Assembly: GCA_031835245.2 (NCBI GenBank)
Contig: JAVKOQ020000051.1
Location: 186,001-248,490, forward strand
DNA length: 62,490 nucleotides
DNA from: Balamuthia mandrillaris
Taxonomy: Eukaryota
Direction: 5' to 3'
Below the pieces are notes generated by a model. The model was given only the letters and a program-made list of their open reading frames with translations, did no database searches and had not been told where the DNA came from. Of the stretch, positions 38,204 through 51,729 are shown in pieces (position 1 is the stretch's first letter; each line of letters starts with the position of its first letter). The position numbers were made by a program, and so were the translations under genes.

Positions 38204-40891
38204 ATGGGCAAAAGGAGGCAAATTCAGGAAGGGACGCACAGCAGCAGAGAGGGAAAAAACGAAATGCTGGTGGAGGGCGGAGTGTTGCTGCTTGGTCCCT
38301 CTTCGTTGGTTGTCATTCCGACCGCGAATGCAGAGCAGCAGCTTACCTTACAGCGCTCGACTTTCTATCTGATGACGTCCAGCGATAGCGATACCACGAG
38401 TCGTGTTCTGGTGTTGCCCGTCCCGAACTCTGACCACCTTAAATGGAGCAACTCCCACAGAAAGAGCGGTGTACGACCTTCCATCAAAGTGGTATCGATG
38501 GACGGACGGGCCATGCGGAAGGTTTTTAGCAAGGTAGAGAGCCTCTTCGTTCAGAACGCGACCAGCGAGCAGCAGAACAACAAAAGATGGAGAAGAAAGA
38601 GAGAACATCAACGGTTACAAATGGCTTGTAACTATAGCAGTTCGAGCGATATGCCTCTATTCAAAGGTAAACAGTTCAAAACGTCAGCGTCAGATGAAAA
38701 AACAGAGCGAACTCAAGCTGCCATTAGCGAGAGAGAAGACGAAGCAGTGGAAGAAGAACGAGACCTCGTGATGTACGAGTTGGAAGCAACCAAAGCCACT
38801 TTGCGAGAACTGGAACTGAACTTTTGTCCTCGGGCAGCGGATGTTTCTGAAACATATCAGCAGGAGCTCCGTCAACTCAAAAAGACAAATCTCCAAAAGA
38901 AAGGACGAGCAAGAAGACGATTGAGAAGAGCAAGAAGAGAAACAGTAACAGCAGAGTGGAAAGAAAGGGCATCTTCTGGAGCCTTTCAGGTATTTGAGAA
39001 CCTGCCTCAATTGTTGCAACATGTTGCTCCCTCCCGTCCAAAGAAGGACAATAATGCAGACGCAAGAGACGAGAGGCGGGCATGTTTCGAGTTGAGCAAG
39101 CGAACAAGACGCTTGTTGCGACGGCATTATCGTAAAGGCTTTGGCTTTATCGTATGTTTGGTAGACACCGATGCTGCACGACGTGCTGCATTCGCTCGAA
39201 GTACTGATCTCTTTGCTGGACTTACCATTCGACAAAATCCCATCTTGCTCTCTCCTTCTACTATGGTTCACAAAGACGCAGGGCACCGACAGCAACAAAC
39301 GAAAGCAGAAAGAGAGGCAGGAAAAGAGGCTCATGGTCAACGCCCTTCGTTGGAAGAAGGATGCAAGGGAGAGGGGGGATTGGAATTGTTTGCAGGGCTA
39401 ATCACGCGTCAGCCTCATTGTCAGAATCAGCCTTCCTCCTCTCATTCGCAACCACTCCTATCGCCTAAACAGTCATCACTTCTTTTGTTCAAGGATGACA
39501 CAGCATTTGCAGACACCATGCAAGCAAACATAGAAGCAAACCCTAATAATCAACATGACAACCATCCTTACGTCAAAGACAAAGAGGACAGCCTTTTCAC
39601 CTCATTAGCATTGAAACAGGAGGTTTCGCCTTTAGTGCTTCCCTCCTCTCCACTAACTGCCGACAAAAAGTCCACCATCTACAACATTGCCGACAGTCCA
39701 GAAACCAAAGTGGAAACCGGCGAACAGCACACATCTGATATCGAGGATTCAGCCATCAACAACGGCTACGACGGACAGGTAGCTCTGGTTGACTTTGAAA
39801 AAGTCTACGCACAGATAGAAGAGATGGATGCAGACGTATTGCTTCAGGATGAAATGATGAAGAAGTTTGAGGAGAAAATAGAAAGCGCCCGTCTGAGAAG
39901 ACAGAAAGAAAAAGAGCAGCGAGTGAGCGAGATGCTGCGACCCTACAAGGAAAGACTGCCCTCCATGGATAGGAACCTTCGTCAAGTAGAGGAAGAACTG
40001 TACGAGCTGCAGGAACAACTGAGCACAATGGGAGGTGGCAACCAACCTCGGAATTCTGTTCCATCAACTCCTCGGAGCGACTCCCAACCAACGCTAACAA
40101 CGACGTCAAAAGCCCAGATTGATGAAAAAGAGAATGACACGGGAGTTAGTGGCTATGAGAAGAACGATAAGGAAGATCAGGAAGGAGCATCGGGTTTATT
40201 AGTTCTAGAAGGAGCAGCCATAAACGGCAATGGTCTTACATCAGGTACAAAAACTACCACCTGCATTCGCGAAGAAGCAGAACGAAATAATGGGTTGGCT
40301 AACGGTGCACTGCCTGAAGACATCGTGCACGAAGCCAGCGGCAACGGACTGGAGAGGAGCAACGAGATGCGAGAGATATCAAACGTGGAGTTGTGCAAAG
40401 TAACCGTGTCCATTGCGTACACCCACCCTTTGTGGAGCGATGGAGGCAGCGCCAGTGCGAAGAAACTCTATGTGCCAACTCAACACTTTGTGATAGAAAC
40501 AAAGAACATTCTTGATGAAACCAACGTGATGCAACCGAACCTACCGAATAGCAACAGGGTGAAAAAAGAGAAGAAGAAGAGGACGTTTGTGGAGAGAACC
40601 TACTTCAATTATCAGATCTTCTCTGCAAAGGCAACTGCTCCACTTCCTCGGTCTCGCTCCATATCAACGGACAAACAACCACCACTTCGACATCACCAGC
40701 AACAAAAACAAGCTGAAGAGATAGACAGAAAGATTAACTCCGACCACTCCGTTCAACAAACGAAAGATGCAGCATGGCAACATCTCAAAGATCTCACTGC
40801 TCTACATCAGCAAGGTTTCTCCTTCAAGACTTCTCTGTCTCTGTCTCTGTCTCTGTCTCTGTCTCTGTCTCTGTCTCTGTCTCTCTCTGTC

Positions 40892-40938
<47 letters not shown>

Positions 40939-41390
40939 GTCTCTCTCTCTCTGTCTCTCTCTCTCTCTTTCTCCCTCTCTCCCTCCCTCTCCCTCTCCCT
41001 CTCTCTCCCATGGCTCTTCTTTCTCTAAAATGATTCAACGCGAATCATCAACAAGGGCGTATCTCGCAAGATGAGTTTGTGCTTCTCAAGTCAAAGCTGA
41101 TAGATCTCTTCACTGGAACTAACTTGTCGGATTCTTTGGCAACATCCTCTCCCTCCTCTTCCTCCTCTTCCTCTTCATCTCCTTCTCTTCCCATCGGGGA
41201 AAACACCGTGGCAATGGATAAAGAAGACGATAGCGTTGATAGTAACGGTAGAAGCAAGGCACCACACGAAGTGGGATTGGATGCTGCAGCAATAGCGCTG
41301 CCTAGTCTCCTTCATCTGCAGCGGAGTCGTTTGTTGGGTGTTCATCCAAATCGCTTTCTACTGTTACCTTTACTTCCTTCTAGAGAATAA
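38204..41390 (+). CDS. Large hypothetical protein (about 970 aa, probably one intron near 40813-41070)
   Basis: Long open frame with coiled-coil and low-complexity regions. A CT-repeat GT-AG intron precedes the last exon. Confidence 0.6.
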
Positions 41391-41485
41391 CGATAATATA
41401 AGAATAACAACAAAAAAGTTGTTTGTTTAGGGAAAATCCGAGTGAACAGGAGGGATGATAAAAGAAAAAAAAAGGACGACGAGAC

Positions 41486-42843
41486 CTACGCAATGATCCA
41501 AGAAGAGTGAGCAAGGCACTCGAAGCCAAGTGAGGCGACCATAGCTTGGGAAGCTTTGTTCTCCGGATGGATGTAACAAAATGGAGTAAGGGGAAATACC
41601 GGCGCTCCATCATCTCGTTTGCGAAGGGTTGCCAACAGTACTGGCGACATCTGTTGCACTCGTTCCTGTTGTTGAGCGAGCAGATCAGCGGCCACCCACC
41701 ATAAAACTCTTTGAGCAAGTCCTAGTCTTCTGCAAGAAGGCATCGTATAGGTCATTCCTATTTGAAAGTCCGTTCGTACTAAACTCCAGCAACATATCGG
41801 TCCACTTTCTTGTGCAAGTTGGTTGCTCTCGTTTGTGGATGTTGATGATGAAGGTTGTTGGCGGATGCATCGCGTCGGCCGGTGAATAACGCAGTCTCGG
41901 ATGTTGTCTTTGCTGGTTGCTGATCGATACGTCCATGTTTCGTTGATCAGATCCACATCATTTTCCTCCGTCATTCCTTTTTGCTTCCCAGGTTAGTTTC
42001 TCTTCTCTCCCTTGACGTTCCACCCTCCCATTCAAGGCTCTCTCTCTCTCTCTCTCTCTCGCTCTCTCACTCAAAAACAAAAACAGAGAAAGAGGCCAAC
42101 CTTCATAAAAGCCAGAAGGCAAGTCTCGTGGCACCACCTTTTGGAACTCGTCCGTTTTGTGAAGTAGCCAACACTGATAGCGACCCACCACTGTGTCTTC
42201 TTCTTCGCCTTCTATCGCTGTCTTCTCGTGATGCAAGTCATTTAGTTCTTTGGCTGGTGGTGATGAGGGTGAAGGCAACAGCTTGTGTTTATTTTGTCGG
42301 AGGTGCTGAAGAAGAGGCTCCACCAGAACGTCATCCACAGCACTGAAGACGAGCCTTGGCTCGCAGGGTCGGCCCGCCTCGTCCAACGTGAAGGGCAGAG
42401 GGTATTCCATGTCGTCCAACAGGCGTCGCATCGCTTCGGCATCGGTGCCAAACGTCGTGAACTTGTGATCTCTGGTGTCATAGCTGATGGCCGCTTTTGA
42501 CAACGTTACGCCCGTTAACCAGGGGAGGAAGGGAGAGAACGAAGAGAGGAGCAGAGAGGAGAGAACCTTGAATGGGAGAAGAAACAGGGTCAGGGTGACG
42601 GTAGCACAGCCACCACGTGTGCAGTTGAGTGGCGGTCGGAGCAGCGGAGCAGCGGGTGCGCGTGTCCTGGCCCCAAGGAGCCGCAGCAGCAGGAGGAGGA
42701 GGAGGGTCGCCGTAGAGAACGCTCGCCAGAGGCCACGGAAAAGGAAGGTTGGGCAGCAAGTTGGCGGCGAGGTCCGCTTTGTCCTCTTCCGACAGCCTCT
42801 TCCACGCCCCCCGTGGTGGTGGTACCTCTTGCTTCTTCTCCAT
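41486..42843 (-). CDS. GNAT acetyltransferase (glycine-N-acyltransferase/FR47-like)
   Basis: DVDLINETWTY, IGMTYTMPSCRRLGLA (motif A) and FCYIHPENKASQAMVASLGF (motif B), over 3 exons. Confidence 0.85.
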
Positions 42844-43089
42844 CTTGGTTAGGAATTTTTCTTCCAGAGACCGCCTCCTCCTCCTCCTCCTCTTTACTTT
42901 AGTTATAGTTAAAATAATTTGAATAATAAATAATACAAAAAAATTCAAAAAAAAAAAGAAAAGTAAAAAGAAAAGAAAAGAAAAGAAAATTATAAATATT
43001 TTTGGGGATCGCTTTGCTGCACGTTCAGCACGAAGCAGTATCAGGACAGGGAAATATTTTTTTAAAAAAAGAAGAAGAAGAAGAAAACG

Positions 43090-43441
43090 ATGGAAAAGCA
43101 AAAGGAGAAAGAAGAGGAGAGCGATAAGCCGCCACAACACGCTCCGCCGGCCCCCTCCCAGCCGCTGCACCACCACCACCAAGTCACGGATGTCAACCAC
43201 AAAAAGAAGCACAGACGGACTTCGCTGCAAAGTGGTGGCAAGAAGAAGGGAGAGTGGGGCAGGAAGAAGGACGAGAGGGGAGCAGGCCCAGGCGGAGGCG
43301 GTGGCAATGGCCGGGTGGTCTACGTGAACGACCAACGGCGGAACAGCGGGTTGGGTTATCCCACCAACCGAACGACCACCACCAAGTACACCTGGTGGAG
43401 CTTTATTTTCCTGAACCTCTACGAACAGTTTCGACGGTTCG

Positions 43442-43479
<38 letters not shown>

Positions 43480-44104
43480 AGTTCTCTTCTCTCCTCTCTC
43501 TCTCTCTCTCTAGTTCTCTCTCTCTCTTCTTCTCTCTTCTCTCTCTTTCTCTCTCTTCTCTCTTCTCTCTTCTCTCTCTTTCTCTCTTCTCTCTTTCTCT
43601 CTTTCTCTCTTCTCTCTTCTCTCTTCTCTCTTCTCTCTTCTCTCTCTCTCTCTCTCTCTCGCAGTGGACGTAACAAAACAACAAAAACAACACAGAGTAG
43701 CCAACTTTTACTTTTTGATAGTGTGCATCATTGAGCGTACTTTTATGCTTCTGTGCTTTTGTTGTTGTTTTATGTTGTCTTACTTATCTTCTTTCGTGAA
43801 CCAACAACGCAAATAGTGGTACCCGACGTCGCACCGTTGACGCCATGGACTAGCATACTGCCGCTTGCCTTTGTCTTGTTTGTCACTGCTTTGAAAGACG
43901 GCATCGATGACTACGTACTTTCTTCTTGTCTCTTTTCTCTGTTTTCTCGAGAATGTATTTTGTTGAGCAGCAAAAGCTGATGCTAAAATGAGGAAATAGC
44001 GACGAAGGAAAGCTGACAAAGAGGTGAATAGCAAGCTCTCCAAAGTAATGGAAAAGGATTTGGTTCGAGACACTATTCACTGGGTAGATCGCGCCTGCGA
44101 GGTA

Positions 44105-44135
<31 letters not shown>

Positions 44136-44808
44136 GTTGATGTTGACGATGAGAAACAACAAATAAAGGCGATAGCGGTGGGCGATGTTATTCGCGTGAA
44201 CGAGGGAGAAGAACTTCCGGCTGACATTGTACTGCTCAAATCAGGCGGTCATGATGAACAATGTTACATTGAGACCTCTAACCTGGATGGGTCTGCTCCT
44301 CTCTAACCTCTTCTCTCTTCACTCCTAATTGGTAAAATATAAAAAACAGTGAAGCAAACAAGAAGATAAAACGAGCAGTACCTTTGACGGCAAATATGAG
44401 CAACGAAGAGCTATACGCTTTGGAAGGGGTGCTGCATTGCGAAGAGCCCAACATCCATCTCGACTCTTTTCACGCAACTTTTAGCCACAAACCCATTCCT
44501 TCCAGTCATCGCAGCGTTTCTGCGTTGACCTCCGACTTTTCTCTACATAGCTTATCTCAACCTCGCCCTAGTGCTGATGACAGTAACGATAGTCTTCAAC
44601 GAAAAAGACGGCTAAAGATGCAACAGCGTATGTCTAGAACTGTAACACGCCCTACTTCTAGCAGCCGAAGAAGCTCTACTGCCCGTGAGTTCACCTGTCC
44701 ATTGAACGCTTCTCACCTGCTGCCTCGTGTATGTTTCCTTTCTCTTTTCTCTACTGTGCTCAGTTCTTTCTTGTCTTCTCCGCTCCTCTCGCCTCCCCTC
44801 TCACTCTT

Positions 44809-44845
<37 letters not shown>

Positions 44846-47800
44846 GTTTGTTCTTCAATCGCACTCTCTTGACAATGGACAAACAAACAGGGATCCCGGC
44901 TGGTAAGCACGCCATACGTGATAGGAGTGGTGGCCTACACCGGAAGAGACACAAAGCTTGTATTGAATCAAAAGAGTGTCCCTTTGAAGTTCTCCCAAGT
45001 GGAGCGAACCATGAACAAGCTACTGTGGGCTCTTATCGTGTTCGTGGTTATACTTTGTGGTATTGGTGGCATTCTTAACGTTTGGTGGGAGGTTTGTGCT
45101 CATTTTTCTTTCCGTTTGCTTTCGTTCTGTGTTATTTCGATGATCTGCTGACCTTCTTATTTGCAGATTGAAGAAGGAATCAAAGCTAAGTATCTGATGC
45201 TTCCACGAAAGGTTCGTTCCACTGTAACCTCAGGATTCAAAGAGGTCATGACATTCTTTGTTTTGTTGAACGTTTTCGTTCCTATTTCGCTCTACGTAAC
45301 GCTCGAGTTTGTCAAGTTCTTCCAAAGCCGCATCATCGAGTTCGATCCCGACTTATACTGTCCCCGCAGCAAACAATCCATCATCGTCAAAACGACTGCT
45401 TTGTTGGAGCAACTCGGCCAGATTGACTATGTTTTCACGGATAAAACGGGAACGCTCACTCAAAACAAGCTCAAGTTTAGACGTTGTTGCATCGGAAGTC
45501 GAATGTTCTATGCTGGTACTGCCCCTAATGTTATTGCTGATGGCACCTCTGCCTCTGTAGCTTCGACAAAAGATAAAGTAGATGAGGAGGCACACCAACA
45601 AACTGTATCCATGAAGGTACATTCTTTTTGGTCTTGTTGCTTCTTGCAGGTGGAACAAGTACTAATACAATTCTCCTCTTTTGCTCCCGAAGTCGCACGA
45701 ACTTCCTTTGCAAGAGCATGCCAACGATGAAGAGGTAGTAGAGTTCTTGATCGCGATTGCTCTTTGTAATACAGTCTTTGTAGATAATGTTGCGAGTATG
45801 CGCGACGGCCAAAGTGAAGACGAAAGAGAAGAAGAAAAAGAACTTAGCAGCAGTGATGACGAAAAGCCACAATTCTCCACTTTGCGGGATCAAGTGCAAT
45901 CGTCTTCATCAGTGCCTTGCTTTCAAGCCTCTTCGCCTGATGAAGAAGCTCTTGTCAAGGCTGCTATGCGCTATGGTGTAACACTTGTTTGCGTACGCAA
46001 TCTCCTCTTCTTACCTTCAATAATTGCAAACTGACCAACAACAAATGCTGCAGAGAGAGCACAGCATAGTAACGCTCAATGTACAAGGAGAACAAAGAGA
46101 TTACGAGGTATTAGCGGAACTGCCCTTTGACAACGATCGAAAACGCATGTCCGTCATTGTGTCCACTCCTGATGGCGACCTCAAGCTATACTGCAAAGGA
46201 GCCGAAAGCATGGTATTCCCTCGTGTGCGTTCCTCCTCCAAGGAAGATTCCATTTTGTTGCAAGTGTCCAATGCTGTGGATTATTATGCATCAATGGGGC
46301 TTCGTACTTTAGCAGTGGCCAGCTCCACTTTGCAACGAGACAGTTTCTCTCGATGGTTCGAACGGTATGAGGAGGCGTGCATGGCTATCAACGAGAGAGA
46401 AGCTAAGATTGCTGCTGTCGCAGAAGATATTGAGCAACAGTTAAGTTTATTGGGGGCTTCTGCGGTGGAAGATAAGTTACAGGAGGGTGTACCTCAGACC
46501 TTGGAGTCCTTACGTCAGGTGCATACTTTTCTTTATTTGCTGCTGTTTGGAAGGATTACTCACTCGCTCACTCTCTTTTCCACTATGAAGGCGGGAATTA
46601 ATATTTGGGTTTTAACTGGAGACAAGCAAGAAACGGCGGTGAACATAGGTTATAGCTCCCAAGTGCTCGACTCTTCCATGAAGTTGCTATATCTCACAAA
46701 CTGCGTTACGGTGGAGGCTTGTGGAGCTCAATTGAAGCGTCTGCGTTCGTTGGAAGATATAGACGACCAAAGTGATGCACAAACCGGCACATCTGCTTCT
46801 GCACAACATTCTAGCGGAGTTTCAAGATTGTTTTCTTCTCTCGTCTCTTGCCGCCGGTACAGAAGGAAGCAAACACAACAAGGGACCAAAACTGATACAA
46901 ACGCACCTCTAGCACTCATTGTGGATGGCACATCACTGAAGCACGCACTTTCCTCTCATAAGGTTAGAAGGCTTCACTACCGCTGATGTTTCCATCATCA
47001 TCTCTAATATGTCTGCACACAGCAAACTTTCTTAAGGCTAAGCGAAGCGTGTAAAGCTGTTATATGCTGTCGTGTATCGCCGAAACAAAAGGTGAGTTCC
47101 ATTCTCTACTTGCTCTCTCTCTACTTGTCTGCTTCTCACTCTGATTTTACGGTGACATAGGCGAAAGTTGTAGAGCTGATCAAGGGCACCGGCCACACAA
47201 CGCTTGCTATTGGGGATGGTGCCAACGATGTATCTATGATACGAGAGGCTCACGTGGGCATTGGAATCGTTGGCAGAGAAGGTTCTCAGGCGTCTCGTTC
47301 TTCGGACTATGCCATTCCTCAGTTTCGGTACGAGCACATTATTTAACCCAACAACAACGCTAAGTCACTTTATTCACCAATTCTGCCTGTTCCTTACGAT
47401 CTATACAGGTTCTTGAACAAGTTGTTGCTGGTGCATGGACGGTATGCCTATGTCCGGATAGCCACTTTAGTACAATATTTCTTTTATAAGTAAGTGACCT
47501 GGAGCCTTTTCGTTAGCAACGTTCTCGTTATTTGACAGACCGTTCTTTTTGTCTCATCGTTCATAGAAATGCTGTATTTACGTTACCTCAGTTCTTCTAC
47601 TCTTTCTACGATGGATTTTCTGGGCAGGTACCATTTTAAGACTTCTTTTCTTTTCTTTCTTTTTTGCTAAACCCAAGTGATACTAGAAGCTAACATGAAC
47701 TATTTGTGGTTTTAGACATTGTTCGATGCTTGGATTATCACCTTATTTAATATGGCCTTCACATCATTTCCAATTATTCTTGTGGGGTTGCTCGATAAGG

Positions 47801-48764
47801 ACGTGCCAGAAAAGCTCCTCTTTCGTTATCCACAGCTTTATGCTCGTTCTCAAGGAGGCCGTGCCTTCAACTTTAAGGTCTCACATCTCCTCACTGTTGA
47901 TTACGTTAAATGCTAAATCTCTCTCTCCCTCAGACATATTTTTGGTGGAACGTGAGCGCAGTAATACATGCCTCTTTTGCGTTCTTTGTAACTATTTACG
48001 CGTTGAGCAGCCAAGAGCTCCACCACGGTCACCCGTTCGACCTGATGTGCTTGGGTACTACCATCTCAACAGTAGTTGTGTTGGTGGTAACGCTAAAGTT
48101 AGCCTTGGAAACAAAGTACCTCATTCCATCTTTTTTTTTTTGGTTTTGTGTTGTTGACAGTAATTGCTCGTTTTCACAACAGCAATTGGACATGGATTCA
48201 CCATTTATTGTATTGGGGAAGCATCATCGTCTACTTTGTATTCCTTCTTGTCTATTCGGTGTTGCCTTTTGCAGCCTTTGGCATGTATTGGGTGCCATGT
48301 ATCCTTTTTTCTACATTGTTTTGTGATTCTCTTTGAGAATGCTTTCTTTGGGTTCTTGTTTTTCCTTTACTCCACAACAGATATGCTCTTACGGGCGCCA
48401 GTATTCTGGATAACAGTTTTGTTGCTGGTGCCGACCGCTCTTCTGTTTGACTTTGCTGCAAAGAGGTATCCTTCTTCTTCCATCCTCTCAATATATATAT
48501 ATATATATTTTTTGTCGGAAAGGCCTTTGACTTTTCTCCGTGGCTTAACCAACCTTATTTTCGCAAAGCTTCATGGCGCTGAACTTCCCAGAAGATTGGC
48601 AAAAAGTGAACGAGTACTACCAGCACAGAGGGCAAGGGTCGGCGAAGAAGATCAAGAAAGGTGGCGCCACCTCTCGCCGTCCACGTTCCTACAACCGCCT
48701 TCCTCATCACGAAGCAGAGCCCTTGTTGAAGGAGGCCAGCATCAACTACGACGCCCTAAGTTAA
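43090..48764 (+). CDS. P4-type ATPase phospholipid flippase
   Basis: [69 protein letters not shown] and GDGAND motifs. Confidence 0.96.
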
Positions 48765-48903
48765 AAAAATAGAAAACAAAAAAATGTTAAGATCACATGT
48801 GATCTTTGAACTGATCGACCACTCAGTTTTCAGAAAACATATTAAATTAAACACCATGTCGACGTGTAAAGATCTTTATGGCCGCAAAAGCAAAAAAGAA
48901 AAG

Positions 48904-49422
48904 ATGAAGCCGTCGGCCATTTCCTTGGTGCTTCTCCTTCTGGTTGTGTTGGTGTGGAACAAGGACGACGTGGGCGTCGCCAACGGTCAACAGCCCCCTC
49001 TCCCTTTCGCTTTGCCGGTGGTCATCAACACTTGGCCTTTCACCAACGCTACGCAAAAGGCTTGGGAGGTCATCTGGGCAGAAAAGGGTACTAGCCTTGA
49101 CGCCGTCGTTGCAGGTGTCTCTTTTCTCGCCCATCCATTTGCGGCCCTTTCAATGTTGGCTCTTACTTGTACTATTCCAAAGGTTGCACTGTATGCGAAC
49201 AGGAACAGTGCGATGGCACAGTTGGCTTTGGCGGTTCGCCCGATGAGAGTGGCGAAACAACGCTAGATGCGATGGTCATGGATGGGCCAAGCCATGATGT
49301 CGGTTCGGTTGGCTGCCTTAAACGGATAAAGTCGGCCATCGCTGTTGCCCGTTCGGTGATGGAACATACCGAAGAAACCCTCCTAGTTGGAGAAGACGCC
49401 ACCAAATTTGCCATCCAGGTAG

Positions 49423-49462
<40 letters not shown>

Positions 49463-50149
49463 CTCCTCTCGTTCATTGGCGCTTCCTTCATGCAAACTGA
49501 TGCGAAGGTGATCTGATCACAGATGGGCTTCAAAGAAGAGAGTCTGACCACCCCAAAGTCCTTCCGCATATGGGAACAGTGGAAGCAGAACAACTGCCAA
49601 CCGAACTACTGGCAGGATGTCTCTCCAGACCCACAATCCAATTGTGGACCGTACCATCCCACCGACAACCTCCAGCACCACAAGAACCAAGCCTTTGCTA
49701 ACAAGGCTATCGACATCAACAACCACGACACGATAGGGATGGCCGTTGTGGACAGCCATGGGAATATTGCTGCTGGCACCTCCACCAATGGTGCCAACCA
49801 CAAGATAGACGGCCGAGTGGGTGACTCGCCTATCGCTGGAGCCGGTGCCTATGTCGACAACGATGTTGGTGCGGCGGCAGCCACTGGCGATGGGGACGTC
49901 ATGATGAGGTTTCTGCCTTCCTACCAAGCCGTCGAGAACATGAGAAACGGAATGGATCCCACAGCTGCTGCGGAGGACGCTCTCCTTCGCATTCACAAAA
50001 AGTACCCAAACTACAAGGGTGCCCTCATCGCTGTCAACAAGAAAGGAGTGTTTGGCGCTGCTGCGCATGGTTGGACCTTCCACTACTCTGTTCGCAATCC
50101 AAAGCTGAACAACGTGACGGTGGTCGTGGTTCCTCCTATTGCTGTCTAA
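48904..50149 (+). CDS. AGA: Aspartylglucosaminidase (Ntn hydrolase) with signal peptide
   Basis: [41 protein letters not shown] (autocleavage site), AGTSTNG and GRVGDSPI motifs. Confidence 0.96.
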
Positions 50150-50205
50150 CTGCTTCAAAGAGAAAGGAAAAACATGAAGGGTAACCAACTCAGACAAATC
50201 CTCTT

Positions 50206-51483
50206 CTAATCTGTATTTTTGTTCTGTAGAGCAATAAGGAACCAGCAAGGACAATAAGAGAAACAATACTCTTCTTTGCAGTCATACTGGTCTGCCAGTA
50301 TTAAGTTGCTGCTAGAAGCGGTCGTGGCGGGAGACGTGGAGGAGGAAGGTTTGTTGAATACCAACACAAAGGGACTGTCTCTGGCATGGAACGCTCCGCA
50401 GCTCTCGCATCGTCTGCCAGCCTTTATCCGCTCCACTAACGGCTCCGGAAGCATCGCACTTAATGGTCGTTTTGGCTCCGTTTCTTCTCCGCCAGCTTCT
50501 TCCTGTTCACCGTTGGTCTGCTTCTCTTTTCCTTCTTGTCGTAGCTGGTCGAAGAAAATACCGCTGCAACAGTCCAGCAAGGGATAAACGGGACCAATAG
50601 AGGGTCCTTCTCCATCGACGTTACCGCTTTTCTCGTTCCTCAGTTGAAGGTAATGCTCCAGAGCTGCCCATAACACCAGGTTCAGTGCTTCATGCATTCT
50701 ACTCCTGAAGTACCGCTCGTTCCAAAAGCCAGGTTGCGCTGCAAGTTTCAACTCCTCACTTGTTGCCTCCACGTCCTTTCCGTCTTCCTCTCCGAACAGC
50801 ACACTCTGCACCACTTCCCTTCCAAGGAGGGGCATCAAGTCGCAGGTGTCGTTAAGGCCGTCCCCTCCCATTCCCACCACGTCATAAGTACGGGGGTATT
50901 CAACCAGAGCGTCCACCAAAGCAGTGTATGATACCCAGAAGCGAGCTGAAGCTTCAAAGCCAAATTGTTCGATAGCGTCGTAGAAGGCGCGACCCATTGC
51001 ATCTTGTTTGATGTGAGGTACAGCTCCAAAACCGCGTCGACGCTCCTCCGTAGTGTTGCCGTAGTTAAGACTCCAGTTGTCGTAAACGAACTGCGCGATG
51101 CGCCAGAATAAGTCAGAGTCAAGCCCTTCCTTGCTCCCGACCTCTAGAAGGGGTGGCTGACCCTCTATCAGCGAGGTCTCAAAGCCATACTGCAATGTGG
51201 ACAGCACGTTAGAACCCATCAAAAAAGAACAAAAGAGAGCACGGTAGAGAAAAGAGACCTGAAGTTTTTGTCTCCAGTGTTCGTTGTTGTATTCGTCAAC
51301 GACCCATGAGGAGAACAAGTGTTGTTGCAGCACCTCTCTCAATAACACGCACTTGACGGGAAGGTCCGCTTCTGAAATATGGTCCAGCACTGGCGGGAGG
51401 CGATATGATGGTGGCCGAGGTAGCGGTTGCGCCCGTGCTCCTACGCGGGTTTTTTTGGCATTGCTCTCGTCCGTTGCGTTCAT
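50206..51483 (-). CDS. Hypothetical protein with C-terminal Cys cluster
   Basis: Long ORF with a possible in-frame intron near 51259-51200. C-terminal CESC...C...YC..YCPC. No family recognised. Confidence 0.55.
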   Translation of the reverse strand: MNATDESNAKKTRVGARAQPLPRPPSYRLPPVLDHISEADLPVKCVLLREVLQQHLFSSWVVDEYNNEHWRQKLQVSFLYRALFCSFLMGSNVLSTLQYGFETSLIEGQPPLLEVGSKEGLDSDLFWRIAQFVYDNWSLNYGNTTEERRRGFGAVPHIKQDAMGRAFYDAIEQFGFEASARFWVSYTALVDALVEYPRTYDVVGMGGDGLNDTCDLMPLLGREVVQSVLFGEEDGKDVEATSEELKLAAQPGFWNERYFRSRMHEALNLVLWAALEHYLQLRNEKSGNVDGEGPSIGPVYPLLDCCSGIFFDQLRQEGKEKQTNGEQEEAGGEETEPKRPLSAMLPEPLVERIKAGRRCESCGAFHARDSPFVLVFNKPSSSTSPATTASSSNLILADQYDCKEEYCFSYCPCWFLIALQNKNTD

Positions 51484-51729
51484 GGTTGGCGTTACTTCTT
51501 CTTCCACGTGGCCGCGTTACATTCGCTTTTGCCGCGGAGAGGGATGCGCCATGTTCTTTGAACGGCACGGTGCAAGGTTTGAGCAGCCTTCCTGCAACAA
51601 CGCTGTTCGCTGAATTCCACGAACGAGGAACCAACAGAAAAAAATGAAGTGAAAAAGTTTTACGCTTGGGCTGTACAGAGGGGGGCTTGCAGAACCAACT
51701 CAGAACCGAAAACATAGAGGAACACTAAG

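Noticed and set aside
42478..43335. 285-aa minus-strand ORF
   Set aside because: Runs through an AT-rich divergent promoter. Only the part from ATG 42843 belongs to the GNAT gene.
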